Source: Octopus bimaculoides (taxonomy: Eukaryota). Taken from it: a stretch of DNA of 64,000 nt. The stretch lies in contig NC_068987.1 in assembly GCF_001194135.2 (NCBI RefSeq), positions 32,089,050 to 32,153,049 on the forward strand. The letters run 5' to 3'. Made by a program: the position numbers and the translations under genes. Positions 26,233 to 40,130 of the stretch are shown here, piece by piece. Under the pieces are notes generated by a model. The model worked only from the letters and a program-made list of their open reading frames with translations. It searched no databases and had not been told where the DNA came from. Position 1 is the first letter of the stretch, and every line of letters begins with the position of its first letter.

Positions 26233-26609
26233 TTCTTTTACTTATTTCAGTCATTTGACTGCGGCCATGCTGAAGCACCGCCTTTAACTGAACAAATCGA
26301 CCCCAGGACTTCTTCTTTGTAAGCCTAGTACTTATTCTATTGGTCTCTTTTGCCAATCGCTAAGTTATGGGGACGTAAACACCCCAGCATTGGTTGTCCA
26401 AGTGATGTTGGTGGAGACAAACATATAAACACACATACATATATATATATGCGACGGGCTCCTTTCAGTTTCTGTCTACCAAATCTACTCACAAGGCTTT
26501 GGTCGGCTGAGGCTATAGTAGAAGACAATTGCCCAAGGTGCCAGGCAGTGGGACTGAACCTGGAACCATGAGGTTGGTAAGCAAGCTACTTACCACACAG
26601 CCACTCCTA
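26233..26609 (-). mobile_element. tRNA-derived SINE (family B), antisense, ending about 30 nt before the exon 2 acceptor
   Basis: Head (reverse complement) aggagtggctgtgtggtaagtagcttgc...ggttcagtcccactg; homologs at 38331 and 53047. Confidence 0.85.
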
Positions 26610-26638
26610 TATACATATATCTTTTCTTTTTTCCACAG

Positions 26639-26759
26639 ATGAACGACGTCGTAGATCCCCTGGGGCTTCTGGCCAGCCTGGTCCTTTTCCTCAAGGTGCA
26701 CCTCAAGCTGGCAGGGGCCGCAGGTCTAGGTCAAGGTCACCACGCAATAGAGCACGTAG
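26639..26759 (+). CDS. U2AF2: U2AF2 exon 2, RS domain; 3' end lost in the N gap at 26760-26957
   Basis: Acceptor cttttcttttttccacag; phase-1 join gives DERRRRSPGASGQPGPFPQGAPQAGRGRRSRSRSPRNRAR. Confidence 0.88.
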
Positions 26760-26957
26760 NNNNNNNNNNNNNNNNNNNNNNNNNNNNNNNNNNNNNNNNN
26801 NNNNNNNNNNNNNNNNNNNNNNNNNNNNNNNNNNNNNNNNNNNNNNNNNNNNNNNNNNNNNNNNNNNNNNNNNNNNNNNNNNNNNNNNNNNNNNNNNNNN
26901 NNNNNNNNNNNNNNNNNNNNNNNNNNNNNNNNNNNNNNNNNNNNNNNNNNNNNNNNN
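26760..26957. other. Assembly gap truncating U2AF2 exon 2; a second gap at 27498-28049 could hide another small exon
   Basis: The N run begins in the middle of an RS-repeat codon. Confidence 0.95.
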
Positions 26958-27008
<51 letters not shown>

Positions 27009-30000
27009 AAGTATGTATGTATATGTTTATATTATTCACACGAGTGAGTGTCTGTATTTTTGCGTCTCTTTGTCTTGACATTACATAGTAGTTGTAAATG
27101 AATGTCTTTATCATACTAGCAACATCATTCCAATATTCTGTGAAAATGTCTGGCCATGGGGGAATATTACCTTGCTTGGAAACAGAGCATCTGACCATAG
27201 AAAATCTGCATTAATGAATTGTCTGGCCCATACAAGCATGGAAAAGTGTACATCTGTTATATTGATCCTAGCGTCATGCGCAAACATGTAGAATGAGCTT
27301 TTCATCTAAGAGATTTTGCTTACATAGACCAGCCTGAGACCATGACAGAAAATACTTGCTTAGGGTGGCCTCTATTGTGTTCTAACTCTGAGCCATTTGA
27401 CTGAATCTAACCTCTTTACTGAGCCTTTGTGTATAAAGGTATAAAATATGCTGTCTGTCTTTTAGTATTTTATTTTAAACTATAACTATAATAATGCNNN
27501 NNNNNNNNNNNNNNNNNNNNNNNNNNNNNNNNNNNNNNNNNNNNNNNNNNNNNNNNNNNNNNNNNNNNNNNNNNNNNNNNNNNNNNNNNNNNNNNNNNNN
27601 NNNNNNNNNNNNNNNNNNNNNNNNNNNNNNNNNNNNNNNNNNNNNNNNNNNNNNNNNNNNNNNNNNNNNNNNNNNNNNNNNNNNNNNNNNNNNNNNNNNN
27701 NNNNNNNNNNNNNNNNNNNNNNNNNNNNNNNNNNNNNNNNNNNNNNNNNNNNNNNNNNNNNNNNNNNNNNNNNNNNNNNNNNNNNNNNNNNNNNNNNNNN
27801 NNNNNNNNNNNNNNNNNNNNNNNNNNNNNNNNNNNNNNNNNNNNNNNNNNNNNNNNNNNNNNNNNNNNNNNNNNNNNNNNNNNNNNNNNNNNNNNNNNNN
27901 NNNNNNNNNNNNNNNNNNNNNNNNNNNNNNNNNNNNNNNNNNNNNNNNNNNNNNNNNNNNNNNNNNNNNNNNNNNNNNNNNNNNNNNNNNNNNNNNNNNN
28001 NNNNNNNNNNNNNNNNNNNNNNNNNNNNNNNNNNNNNNNNNNNNNNNNNATATATATATATATATAAAAAATTAAAGCAATAACTGAAATTTATGTGGTA
28101 TCTTCTGTAGTTACAATGGTTCCAAATTTTGGCAAAGGCCAGCAATTTTGGGAGAGGTTAAGTCAATAACATTGACTCTAGTGTTCAGTTCATTTTATCA
28201 ATCCCAAAAAGACGAAAAGCAAAGTCAACTATGGCAGAATAATAATAATGATAATAATAAATACATACATGTAAAAATAAAAGATGTACGTGTGTGTTTA
28301 ATAGTACAAAATATGTAACAGCATTCAATACATGTGTATCAAAAGTGTAGTCTTATGCATGGATGGCACCTGTAAGATAACCATGTTACAGCCTAATGCT
28401 TAAAAATGTTCTTGTAATCAACCTTACGGTCAACTGTATACTTCAGTTGGTTGTGAGAAAACGAAATCTGGCAGAATGGTTTGTCAGCTGTAAATATTGG
28501 CAGTGTCTTTAGAGCATCAGTAAAAAATGCCTTATGTTATTTATTGAGTTCCTTTTTTTTTTCTGAGTTCAAATCTGCCAAGCTCAACTTTGCCTTTCAT
28601 CCTTCCATGGTTAATAAATAAAGGATGATGAATTGTTGGAAATATTAGAGCGTCTAGTATTTGTATTGGTTGTTTGCATTCTCAGTTCAAAACCCTCAGT
28701 GGCTTACTTATGTGTTAGACTTAAATTGGAACCTAATTTAACACTACCACCTGCTGTTTGGGTGTCTTAGTGGTGTCCACTCTTGCATTTGGGTCATAAC
28801 TCCAGTTTGAGGATACTGACCTATAGTCTCAGAGACCTATAAAGGATCATGGACTATGTTCTTCCTTTCAGACGAGATAATTAAAAGTTTTGTACATGAC
28901 ACATTTGAAATAAAGGTATATCTTGAAATGTTTGGTCGCATGTATTAATACATTTCACATGTAGTATTTTTTTATAATCATGAATTTAGACTGGTTTCAT
29001 AAAACAACTTGACCTTTTATGTTAAATCAACATATTAATGTGATTTTTGGAACACAATTTAACAATAGGTTCTCAACAAAATCTTTCATAATTTTTGTCA
29101 CGTGGTGAGTCTAGTAACAGGTAAATACAGGTAAATTCAACAAAACAAAATAAGGTTTTGTTTAAACATTGGCATAGAAATTGAGTTGTTAGCTAATATT
29201 CACAGAGTATACAACATTTTAATCTAGAAGACCTGTGTAAATTACTGGATTATGTATTAGTCAAACTTAATGCACAAGACAGGTGGATCATAAAGGTAGA
29301 ATAGAACAAAATAGGTGTACCATAAAGGTAAAATAGATCAAAATACTGGAAGAAAACTAGGAAATGACATACACACCATCGACTAAATGAAATAGATGCA
29401 TACGAATACATAGAAACACTGGAGCACAATGATTCAAAATGCAAATTAATCAAAATTTGTCGCATCTTATGTGATTAAAAAATAAAAACAGTAGATTTTT
29501 AAAATAATATTTATAAATCAACTTTATACACACAAAAACAAACAATATTCCTAAAAATGCTCGGATTTCTCGCTTTCTTCCAAGCATGTACAAAACCTCA
29601 AACTCTTTTCCCCTCTGCTTTTATGTTCTGTGCAACACTTTGTTTCTGTAGTAATCACTTCAAAGGAAAAGGTAAGAAAAAGTAATCTAATGGTTTTGTT
29701 TCCTTGGAAAGACTCTGACTTTGTCTAATATCTTTCTAAAATACCTAAGAAAAACAGTTTTTAAATTCTTACTATATTCAGGTGCAAATTAATATTTTTG
29801 TTATAGCTATCATAACTGTTGTCAGAATTGTTCACTTTCAGGAATAGAAATATCTGATTCATAATCACACTCGTAGTTTTTATATTTACTGTATATTTTC
29901 TGAGAATTTTCTGTCTTCTTTTCAAAAACACTTCAAATTCAAACTCTTGCTTGACAACATGAAATTGTAATCCAGTTTCCATTCATAGTGAAACATAGTG

Positions 30001-30329
30001 TCAGTGGAAAAAATAGGATAAAAAGAATTCCCCCAAAATTTGTGGCACTCGGCTATCAGTATGAAATATTGACAGTGTAACTCACTTGTGTACATAGTGA
30101 AATCATGTGTTCCCATGACTGTATTTGTTAGATTTGCACTGAAATTCACATTAAAATATGAATAGGGTCATTTCCAGTGGTTACAAGCAATTTGGTGACA
30201 TTAATCAAAATTTTCTTCAGGCATCTACTGGCAGGTTAATAAGGAAAGAGTTAGCAAGGTTTCATGAACATTGAATTGTCAGAAATACTTCATGTTAATC
30301 ATCATCCAGTATTCTAAATTTGGGTTTTG

Positions 30330-30680
30330 TCTCCATTAATGGGAATAGCTGGATCTACCTCAATGCCATAGCAACTGCCCTCGCACCATCACCCAATCTT
30401 GTCCGGTTTTGGGTGTCCTCCCTTCTCAAACCAACCCTCTCAATCTTCTCCACCTGTTCCCTCCATGTTTTCCTCGGTCGACGTAGCTTTCTCGGTCCAT
30501 TTACCTCAAACTCAAGCACCCTCCTCAGAACCTGCTCCTCAACACATACCCATACCACCACACTCCGTTTGCCCTTGCCAGCCATTCCACTGATTCCTCC
30601 AACCCTAACATCCCCATGAAGTCCTCATTCCTCCTCTTATCAAACAACTTCACTCCACACATTTCTCTCACCATTGTTAA
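30330..30680 (-). mobile_element. RTE-clade LINE reverse-transcriptase C-terminal fragment
   Basis: VLRRVLEFEVNGPRKLRRPRKTWREQVEK resembles the RTE G.R.RGRP.KTW motif. Confidence 0.75.
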
Positions 30681-31028
30681 TGGTAATGAGAATAAATAAA
30701 TGAAAAATTACTAAAAGCTGTGTTAAAATGTGGCATTTTCTCCTAATTTATGGAGCTATTGAAGAGTCATTAATACTGCAGATTTGTTGATGTTGGCACT
30801 GAGTTTCTCCTTATATTACCAACTTTAAATGTCAGTGATATTATATTGATTTCATTACCACTATCATTATTATTTTATTCAACAAAATAGTGGAATAACA
30901 GAAAGAGTCCAGCCTTATGGTATGTAGTAGGATTTTTTTACACTGCTAAGGTGGATTTGTTGTTTCATCCTGTCTTAGTTAATATTGTAATCACCAATAA
31001 TGATAAAGCTCACTTCAGTTGTCTATAC

Positions 31029-31314
31029 CAGTACTACTCAAACTGGTGGTGCGTGGACCAGTGCTGGTCCGCGAGCTGTCGGCTGTGGGTATGCGGCGAG
31101 TTTCCAGTAAAGAAAGAAGCATTATGAAATGCTTATAAAATGCTTTTGTAATATAAAAAATATAATAAAAAATTGTCAACTTCTATTATATTTATTATAT
31201 ATATTGTTTCTGGTATAAATTAATATTACTAAGAAATATTACATGTCCCTAGCACATTGGAAAAAAAAAAAAAAAACTGCCGGTATGCCACATCAGATAG
31301 TTTGAGAAGCACTG
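31029..31314. mobile_element. hAT (Charlie-like) MITE, 286 bp, perfect 8-bp TSD
   Basis: TIRs CAGTACTACTCAAACT / AGTTTGAGAAGCACTG; TSD GTCTATAC at 31021-31028 and 31315-31322. Confidence 0.9.
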
Positions 31315-32749
31315 GTCTATACCACTTCACTGCAAATGCCTGGCCTTGAGCCAAAATTAGAAATACAATATTTACTTTGGTCTTTTTACAAAGTTTAAAT
31401 CCTGTTGTGGGTTAATATAACATTTCATGGGTCCTTATTTCCTAGAAAGGTTTGCTTGGTATAAAATACCAGTGAAATACATTGTTTTGATTCAATCAAC
31501 TATTCTTTGCACATTAGCTTTCTTGGATTGAAAATGGAAACCATTCATATGTATGAACAGTGTGCTTGTATGCATGTGTATGTTCTTGTATTGGATTCAA
31601 AAATTGAACTTGAGCTACCCTCGAGTTTCAGCCAATCATATCAATCCCGGTTCTTATTTCAGTCTGTTGCATATTTTTATTGATTGCTGTCTAATGGCTT
31701 AGTCCCTTTCTAATTTAAAATGATGCGTTTTGACACAGTACTCATGCAAACCTTTTGACACAATTTGCACTGCTAAATGCCATTCAAAAAACATTGATAA
31801 TCCTTAATCTTTTTGTGACCAGTGTTTGTTAATTTTGGAAATAATGAAGAATTTAATAAAATAATTTTTTCATTTTTAAACTGGGACCATGAAATTTTGA
31901 TAGAAGATTTTAATTTAGATAGCTTTAAACTAGGAAATTTCTAACATAGAATCAAAAACTGCAGTCAAGTTGGTATCTAAAGGGTCAATGCTACAGCAAA
32001 ATACACTTGCCCAAGTTCCCCTTAGTTTATTGAACCAAAAACCACATGGTTGGGAAACCAACTTCTTAACTATGCTAATATTTGTATATGTATCTTACAA
32101 GTGGGAAAACTAAGTAGATTTACCAATGTTCTATGCTGAGGATCAGAAGTGTGAAGTGTCGCATAAAACAAGGCATGTGTCAGTGTAAGTAAGGACTCAG
32201 TTGGTGAAAAGTGACTATGGAAATGATAGATGCACACTTGCCTTCACTGCTACTGAGAAGTGGCGGAAAATCAATACTACCAGTTGTTACTGAACAAGTG
32301 GAATGTGCAAGAGAAGAACATTTAACTAAGTGGATCCCAGTAGAAAGATCTATCACAGAAGTGGATATCTCTATCGGTCAAGGTTGCCCATGCATCTGTA
32401 CCTAAGTCTTTTTTTGGGACACAGGTTTGGGTTCTAATTTTTGGGGGTTTGTGGGAGTGGACCCACAGTCTCCCACTCAGCAGATCTCCCTCTCCATATG
32501 CCAGGCACAGGCCAACATACTGCAGCTTAGTGTCAGTGCAGGTAAGATTCAGAATGCAAAGAGATTTAACATAATACAAAGCATTTTTCTAACAAGTTGA
32601 TTCCATCAGCCCTCTACTTGGACTGGTGCTTTATTTTAAGAACACCACAATGGAGTTAAAACAAATACTGCAAGAAATTTTCTCCAATGTCTTAGCAATT
32701 CTGCCAAAAGGCAACATAAAAGGTTGACCATCAAGGATGGTCACAGAGG

Positions 32750-33860
32750 TGCTGAAAATTGTACAGGGATGTGTTATTGCCAATGATAGGCATAGCAACA
32801 TTTAAGAGCAAAAGAGATGCTTTAGGATGAAATAACTAGAGACATTAATAAACTGTAAGCATGGCAGTGAGAATTGTAGCAAAGTTTATAATGAAAAAAA
32901 GTATCTTTGAGATGCAGTTTGGTTTTGTGCCAGGTTGTGGAACTTCATTTTGGTGAGACAACTTCAAGATAAGTTCTTAGCCAAAAATGAACCATTTTGT
33001 TGACTTAGGGGAAATCCTTTACAGAATATCACATTCTGTAGTTTGGTGATTGTTAAAAAAAATGTGGGAAAAGGAATGATTTATAAAAGCTGTGTACAGA
33101 GATACTACCAGCAAAGTGAGAGTTAGTAATGGTGGGGTTCACATTTAACTACAAGCCAACAACTTAGCTCTCATAGTTGAATCAGACATGAGAGCAGGGT
33201 CTTGAATCAACATCAAAAGGTCAATTTTGCATAAAGAAAGAAAAAACTACTGCTATAAAACAAGAAGTTTCTATTCTCAATAGATAGAAACTTAGTTGGT
33301 ACCCAGTGCAAATAACATCCACAAAAAATGTAATGGGATTTCATGCAGGCTGACTGGTGTAGCTGACAATAAGAGCATTCATATAATGGAAGAAACGTCC
33401 CCTATAAGATGTGTTTGAACTTGTCTATTTTGTTTTGTTACCTTGGTGACCTAATCAGTGGAGGTAGGTGTTGCTTAGGCATAGTAGCCAGAGTAAGGTC
33501 AATTCACAGAGCTATCTTTATCAACAGAAATAATTTCTGTTGATCAAAATGTCTCTTGACAAATGAAGGGCAGACTGTATAACCTGTGTGCAAATTATGT
33601 TATGAGATAAGGATGATGAATGCAGAGGACACTTGAAGTTCAGTGAGAAATGAAATGAGCATGTTTCACTTGTCAGCGTTCATGAGTGAGAGTTTAAGTG
33701 TGTCTGCATTGTGATGCACATAACTGAACAATGCAAGTAGAAGGAGCCTGCAGAAAAGTGGAAGTGGTTAGGACTGTTCTTGGAAAGCTGACCCTCACAA
33801 AGGTGATGAATGATAGTAACAATTAGAGATGCTGTTTGAATTGACTCGGCTTAAATGTGC
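32750..33860 (+). mobile_element. Decayed RTE-clade LINE RT region
   Basis: EMQFGFVPGCGT at about 32910-32945, then LVRQLQDKFLAKNEP after a frameshift. Confidence 0.75.
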
Positions 33861-34345
33861 CAGCATAGAAAAGTAGATGTAAAGATAATGTGTGCTAATA
33901 TCTATATATTATAATGGTGAGAGCTGCTCATTAATTAGGTATATAACAGTTACTAAAGGAAAGCAATTATTAAAGGCTTGACCGGCTGGAAATTTTTTTA
34001 TCAATTTATGTTTCAAGAAATTTCCTGTAATTTCAATTTCTGAAGTTTATTGAATATTTGAACTCAAGCTTTTCACAAATTTAAATATTCGTTGCATTCA
34101 CTGCGGAGTAGATTTAATAAACAATATCGATTTGTTGCAGGTGAAATTTTCCGCTTTTATTTGCAACAGTCCTTTGCTCTCTCTCGCCTCTATTTTCATT
34201 AATGATAATTTAATATATATTCATTTCAATGTTTTCAAAATCCACAGTTTATTCTATATACATAATGTAAAAAAAATTATTTATTGAATGAATGAATGTT
34301 ATTAGACAAAATAGCTGTATAACTTTGAGGCTTCCATGTTATAGT

Positions 34346-34506
34346 ATCATCATCATCGTTTAACGTCCGCTTTCCATGCTAGCATGGATTGGACGATTTG
34401 ACTGAGGACTGGTGAAACCGGATGGCAACACCAGCCTCCAATCTGATTTGGCAGAGTTTCTACAGCTGGATGCCCTTCCTAACGCCAACCACTCAGAGAG
34501 TGTAGT
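34346..34506 (-). mobile_element. RTE-type 3' tail, young copy
   Basis: Reverse complement is about 97% identical to positions 43-205. Confidence 0.85.
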
Positions 34507-35749
34507 ATGTCTGTATTATTTAAAAAAAATAAAATTGGTTTTGTTGGTATGACTGTTTGGAAGGCTATAACCCTTACAATAATAACTATGTGATCTCTGC
34601 TATTTCTAGCATGCAAAACATGCTAGGGTTATCTTGAAGTTTCTTTAAATTAGAGATATATTACAACTACGATAAATTACTGAAAGAAATATTTACTGAG
34701 CGAGTGAGATTTTTTATAAATTGAAGTTTTCAGGAAAGTTTACTTTCTGAACTTACTTTTATTATTGAATATTTCAAGTTCACAAATTTAAATATTCAGT
34801 GCAAGATAGTTTGGCATTCTTTCGTTTGAACCCGCACACTTTGTTAATTTCTGTAAAAAAATTTTTATTTACTTTTCGCGTGCCGTGTTCAGCTCTATGT
34901 ATTTGTAATTAGTCTCACACATGTGTGTTTTTGTATGTACGTTTGTATACATTTATGCGTTTGTGTGAGAGAGTGAATGAATGAGTGAGTGAAGGGATGT
35001 GTTGTAATACATACATACATAAATAAATACATATGCATACATCTCTTTTTTTTTTTTTGTGTGTGTGTGAGATAAAGAGAGAGTAATGTCTAAGTGACAC
35101 ACACACACACAGCAACACACATGTCCGTTTCATATACATGTACATACATCTTTCACTTTAAGACAAAAGTAAATAAAAAATTTTACAGAAATGAACGAAC
35201 GGAACCAGCTGTTCATTTTGACATTTCTGAGGGTTCAACCGAAAGAATGCCGATAGTTTTTAACGAGCTTTTATTTATACGATTTTCTCATTTCATGTTT
35301 ATTTCATTCATTGTTTGCAATATTCTCTCTCACTCTCTCTGTTACACATACACATTCTGTCTCTGTAATATAAACACACACACCCCAGTTTTGGCTAGTA
35401 GAAAACCTCTTGGAGGAGGGGCTTTCTGTTCGTATATATAATGTGTTTGTTTTTCTTATCAATATGGATTGGGTGGGTTTCATCTCGCTTCTTGTCAACT
35501 GGTACACAGCAACAGAAAACTAGCCATTGTTGCTGTTTATGACTGGATGCCTTTACTGTCGCCAACAATTTAGCATCATGCATTAGAGAAGTTGTTGGTA
35601 GCAAGACCATAAGCTCTTCTATGTTGTTTCTCTTTGCACGTGTATGAGTAAGTTGGCCATATATAAAAAGGTTTTGTTTCCCCCTTGTATATACATTTTT
35701 TTTTTCTCTCTAGAAACTGAATATCTGTATTATATCATGATTGATGTTA

Positions 35750-36615
<866 letters not shown>

Positions 36616-36874
36616 AGATGAGTCTACCTGGTTTGAGTGTCAGTTGGGGGTTGAATGTTCCCCACAAAATCTTTTTTCATAGCTGTATGGATTGAATGTT
36701 CTGTATGAACTCTTGAGCTTGATAGTTGTGAGTGACCGAACAGAGACTTCTCAATAAGAGCAGGTAGTTAAATTGAAAGAGGGAAATTTTGTGAACTAGC
36801 TTAGGAGAGAAGTGCTGCTGTATTAATTGAAAATTATGGGTTAGTGTTTTCATTTGTATTTTCATTTATTTCAG

Positions 36875-37014
36875 CTGCTGGCCAGATTCCACAAACAATC
36901 ACAGTACCTAATGCGGCATTAACCCTGGATTCCTCAGTCCCATTTGCTGGCAGTGCCATCAGTCGACAAGCTCGTCGGTTATATGTAGGGAATATTCCTT
37001 TCGGTGTAACTGAG
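36875..37014 (+). CDS. U2AF2: U2AF2 exon, linker and start of RRM1 (RNP2)
   Basis: tttcag|CTGCT...; AAGQIPQTITVPNAALTLDSSVPFAGSAISRQARRLYVGNIPFGVTE; donor GAG|GTAAAT. Confidence 0.97.
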
Positions 37015-37822
37015 GTAAATAGTCTTTCTTTTCTAGTATGTCTGTTTAGTATCTAACAATATATAGTGTAAATAGTTAAGCTTGTCCAGTCCATCTAGCT
37101 GTAAATAGCTATTGCAGAATTAGACCAACTCTTTGTTTTATGTAAGTTAAGTTTCTATTTTAATGTTAGCTTAGACAGAGATAGCCACTACCAAGATCAC
37201 TTGCCTTAGAATATGCACTACATAAAGACCATCTTCATTATGGTCTGTACAACCCAGTGTGTTATGAGACTCACTGAAGTTGAACTGCTTGAGCCTATTT
37301 ATGGCACAAGATAATTGAGAGAATGTTTGAGAGTGATGCACACACATCCAACATTTCATGTTTGTCAAACCTCTCACTAATGCGTTGGCAATCAGATTAA
37401 AAACTACTCTTGCAAGTAAAAAAAACATTAGTGGCACTCTTGCTCAGAAAATTTTTTTAAAAGTTTAAAATTTAAGGGAAAATAAAAACAAAAGAAAGTT
37501 ATTACTTTGTATTATTAATCTCATTTATGTGATGTCAAATAAAATACATTTTTTTATACACTCAAGCATTATTATGGATATTGGTTATTCTGAAGCCTTA
37601 AATTTTGTTTTTTAAAAAAATCTACTGTCCACCGAGAAACACTGCCCTCACTAGTCTACAACCACATTTGCCTATTCTGTGGTGTTCACAGTAAATAGCC
37701 ATGGTCATTTCTAGTCCATTTAAAAATAAAATTATCAGACTTGCCTTTGTTGGGAAAAGTTAGCACCACATGGTCAGGAGTTAAATTTTACCTACCATCA
37801 GTGTTTTAATTTGCACTGGCTC

Positions 37823-38140
37823 TGTTGTTGTTGGCACTCCGTTGCTTACGATGTCGGGGGTTCCAGTTGATCCGATCAACGGAACAGCCTGCTCGTGAAA
37901 TTAACGTGCAAGTGGCTGAGCACTCCACAGATACGTGTACCCATAACGTAGTTCTCGGGAATATTCAGCATGACACAGTGTGACAAGGCTGACCCGTTGA
38001 ATTACAGGCACAACAGACAGGAAGTTAGAGTGAGAGAAAGTTGTGGTGGAAGAGTACAGCAGGGTTCGCCACCATCGCCTGCCGGAGCCTCGTGGAGCCT
38101 TAGGTGTTTTCGCTCAATAAACACTCACAATTCCCTGTCT
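37823..38140 (-). mobile_element. SINE family A copy, head lost in a gap
   Basis: Reverse complement matches the 5009-5377 body; (CAA)n tail. Confidence 0.85.
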
Positions 38141-38330
38141 NNNNNNNNNNNNNNNNNNNNNNNNNNNNNNNNNNNNNNNNNNNNNNNNNNNNNNNNNNNN
38201 NNNNNNNNNNNNNNNNNNNNNNNNNNNNNNNNNNNNNNNNNNNNNNNNNNNNNNNNNNNNNNNNNNNNNNNNNNNNNNNNNNNNNNNNNNNNNNNNNNNN
38301 NNNNNNNNNNNNNNNNNNNNNNNNNNNNNN

Positions 38331-38530
38331 TTTTCCACTTGTTTCAGTCATTTGACTGTGGCCATGCTGGAGCACCACCTTTAGTCAAGCAAATTGACCC
38401 CAGGACTTATTCTTTGTAAGCCTAGTACTTATTCTATTGGTTTCTTTTGCCAAACTGCTAAGTTACGGGTACGTAAACACACCAGCATCAGTTGTCGATT
38501 GATGTTGGGAGGACAAACACAGACACACAA

Positions 38531-38571
<41 letters not shown>

Positions 38572-38717
38572 CACAACGGGCTTCTTTCAGTTTCCGTCTA
38601 CCAAATTCACTCACAAGACTTTGGGTGGCCCAAGGCTATAGTGGAAGACATTTATCCATGGTGCCATGTGGTGGGACTGAACCCAGAACCATGTAGTTGG
38701 TAAACAAGTTACTTAAC
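38331..38717 (-). mobile_element. SINE family B copy ending about 45 nt before the 38763 exon
   Basis: Collinear with 26233-26609. Confidence 0.85.
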
Positions 38718-38762
38718 TGTTATCTCTTTTTAATTTATTGATTTTTCTCCATTTCTTTTTAG

Positions 38763-38924
<162 letters not shown>

Positions 38925-40130
38925 TAGGTTTGGATGAACTGTATGAATAGGTTATTACACTATCAACTCTGGTTTTTCAGTTTAAATCCATAGCTGGTAT
39001 TTTAGTGTGTATATAAGCAATATATTTAATTCTACATTCTTCTCTTCACCTAGATCTGGAATATAGGTGCCAAATCATTTAGGAATGTTACTTGTGCTAC
39101 ACTAGTGGCCTATCAAGAGTGGGGTATTTATCTTTTGTTGTCCTAACATTGACACCTAACTAAATTTTGGCTCTTAAAAGCTACTTAGAACTGCTGAAGA
39201 CATTTAGATGCTGCACTAATTTGGACTAAATTGCAAGAAAGAAGTTTTGATGACAGGCATTGATTTTATTATATCTCCAGGTCAAGCATTAATCTTTTTG
39301 GCCTCAGTTTACCTATATACCATCCTCTACTCTGCTCTACTCTTGAGTTTGAGCTAACATTCTTTCTCCTCTTGCTTATCTTTATTTCAGTCCTCTCAGC
39401 TTCTTAGAAGGCAGTGGCTTGTATCCATTCATTCTCTTCTTTGAAATGCATTCAACCAGTGATTGGTGCACTGAAAACTTGAAACCTAGTGTTTCTGAGA
39501 GTGGGCGGCACTACCCCCTGAAAATTTTATTGGGGTACTGGGGACAAAGGGGCAGTAAAATGCTTAAATTTTCTATAAATTGTTTTTTTTATTACTCTAA
39601 TTTTCGTGAATCATCTGGTAATATTAGTGGTTGAAATGTTTTGATGTTCTATATTTTATTGATGAAATGACTTGTGTGCAAGTAATTGTTTAAAAGTATT
39701 CAACCACCTGTTGGCAACAAAATTTTGTTGTGTATTTGTGTTGAAACATTGTTAGTAAAAGAAAGGAGGCAAAAGTTAAAAAAATAACATGAGAAACACT
39801 GGTGTAACCAGGTATTTCCTCACTGACTACAATATGAAAATGAATGTAAATAACTACTGGAATCCATGTAATTACCTATACTTACTCTCTTTCAAGATTT
39901 ATTTCTTCATTCGAATGATTGAAAATATTGGGGTAGAGTGATAGATGAAATGTCTTGAAAAAGTAAATTTTGAGGAAAATGCTCTGCAGGATTTGGTTAT
40001 GTTATTTTGTTATGGATCCAAAGCCAAACATTCTCGAGTACTGTGATCAAATTAAATATATTCTCTTTAAATTTGTGGTCTTGTTCTAGTGTTACATTCT
40101 TATTATGAATTTTGCCAGAGTTGGCTTCCC

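Noticed and set aside
26703-27002. Minus-strand ORF LRALLRGDLDLDLRPL
   Set aside because: This is the typical antisense reading of RS-domain codons in exon 2.
28872-29135. Acceptor at 28871 with several donor-like GT sites (28916, 29105, 29121, 29131)
   Set aside because: Short pyrimidine tract and ambiguous exon end; cannot be distinguished from AT-rich background.
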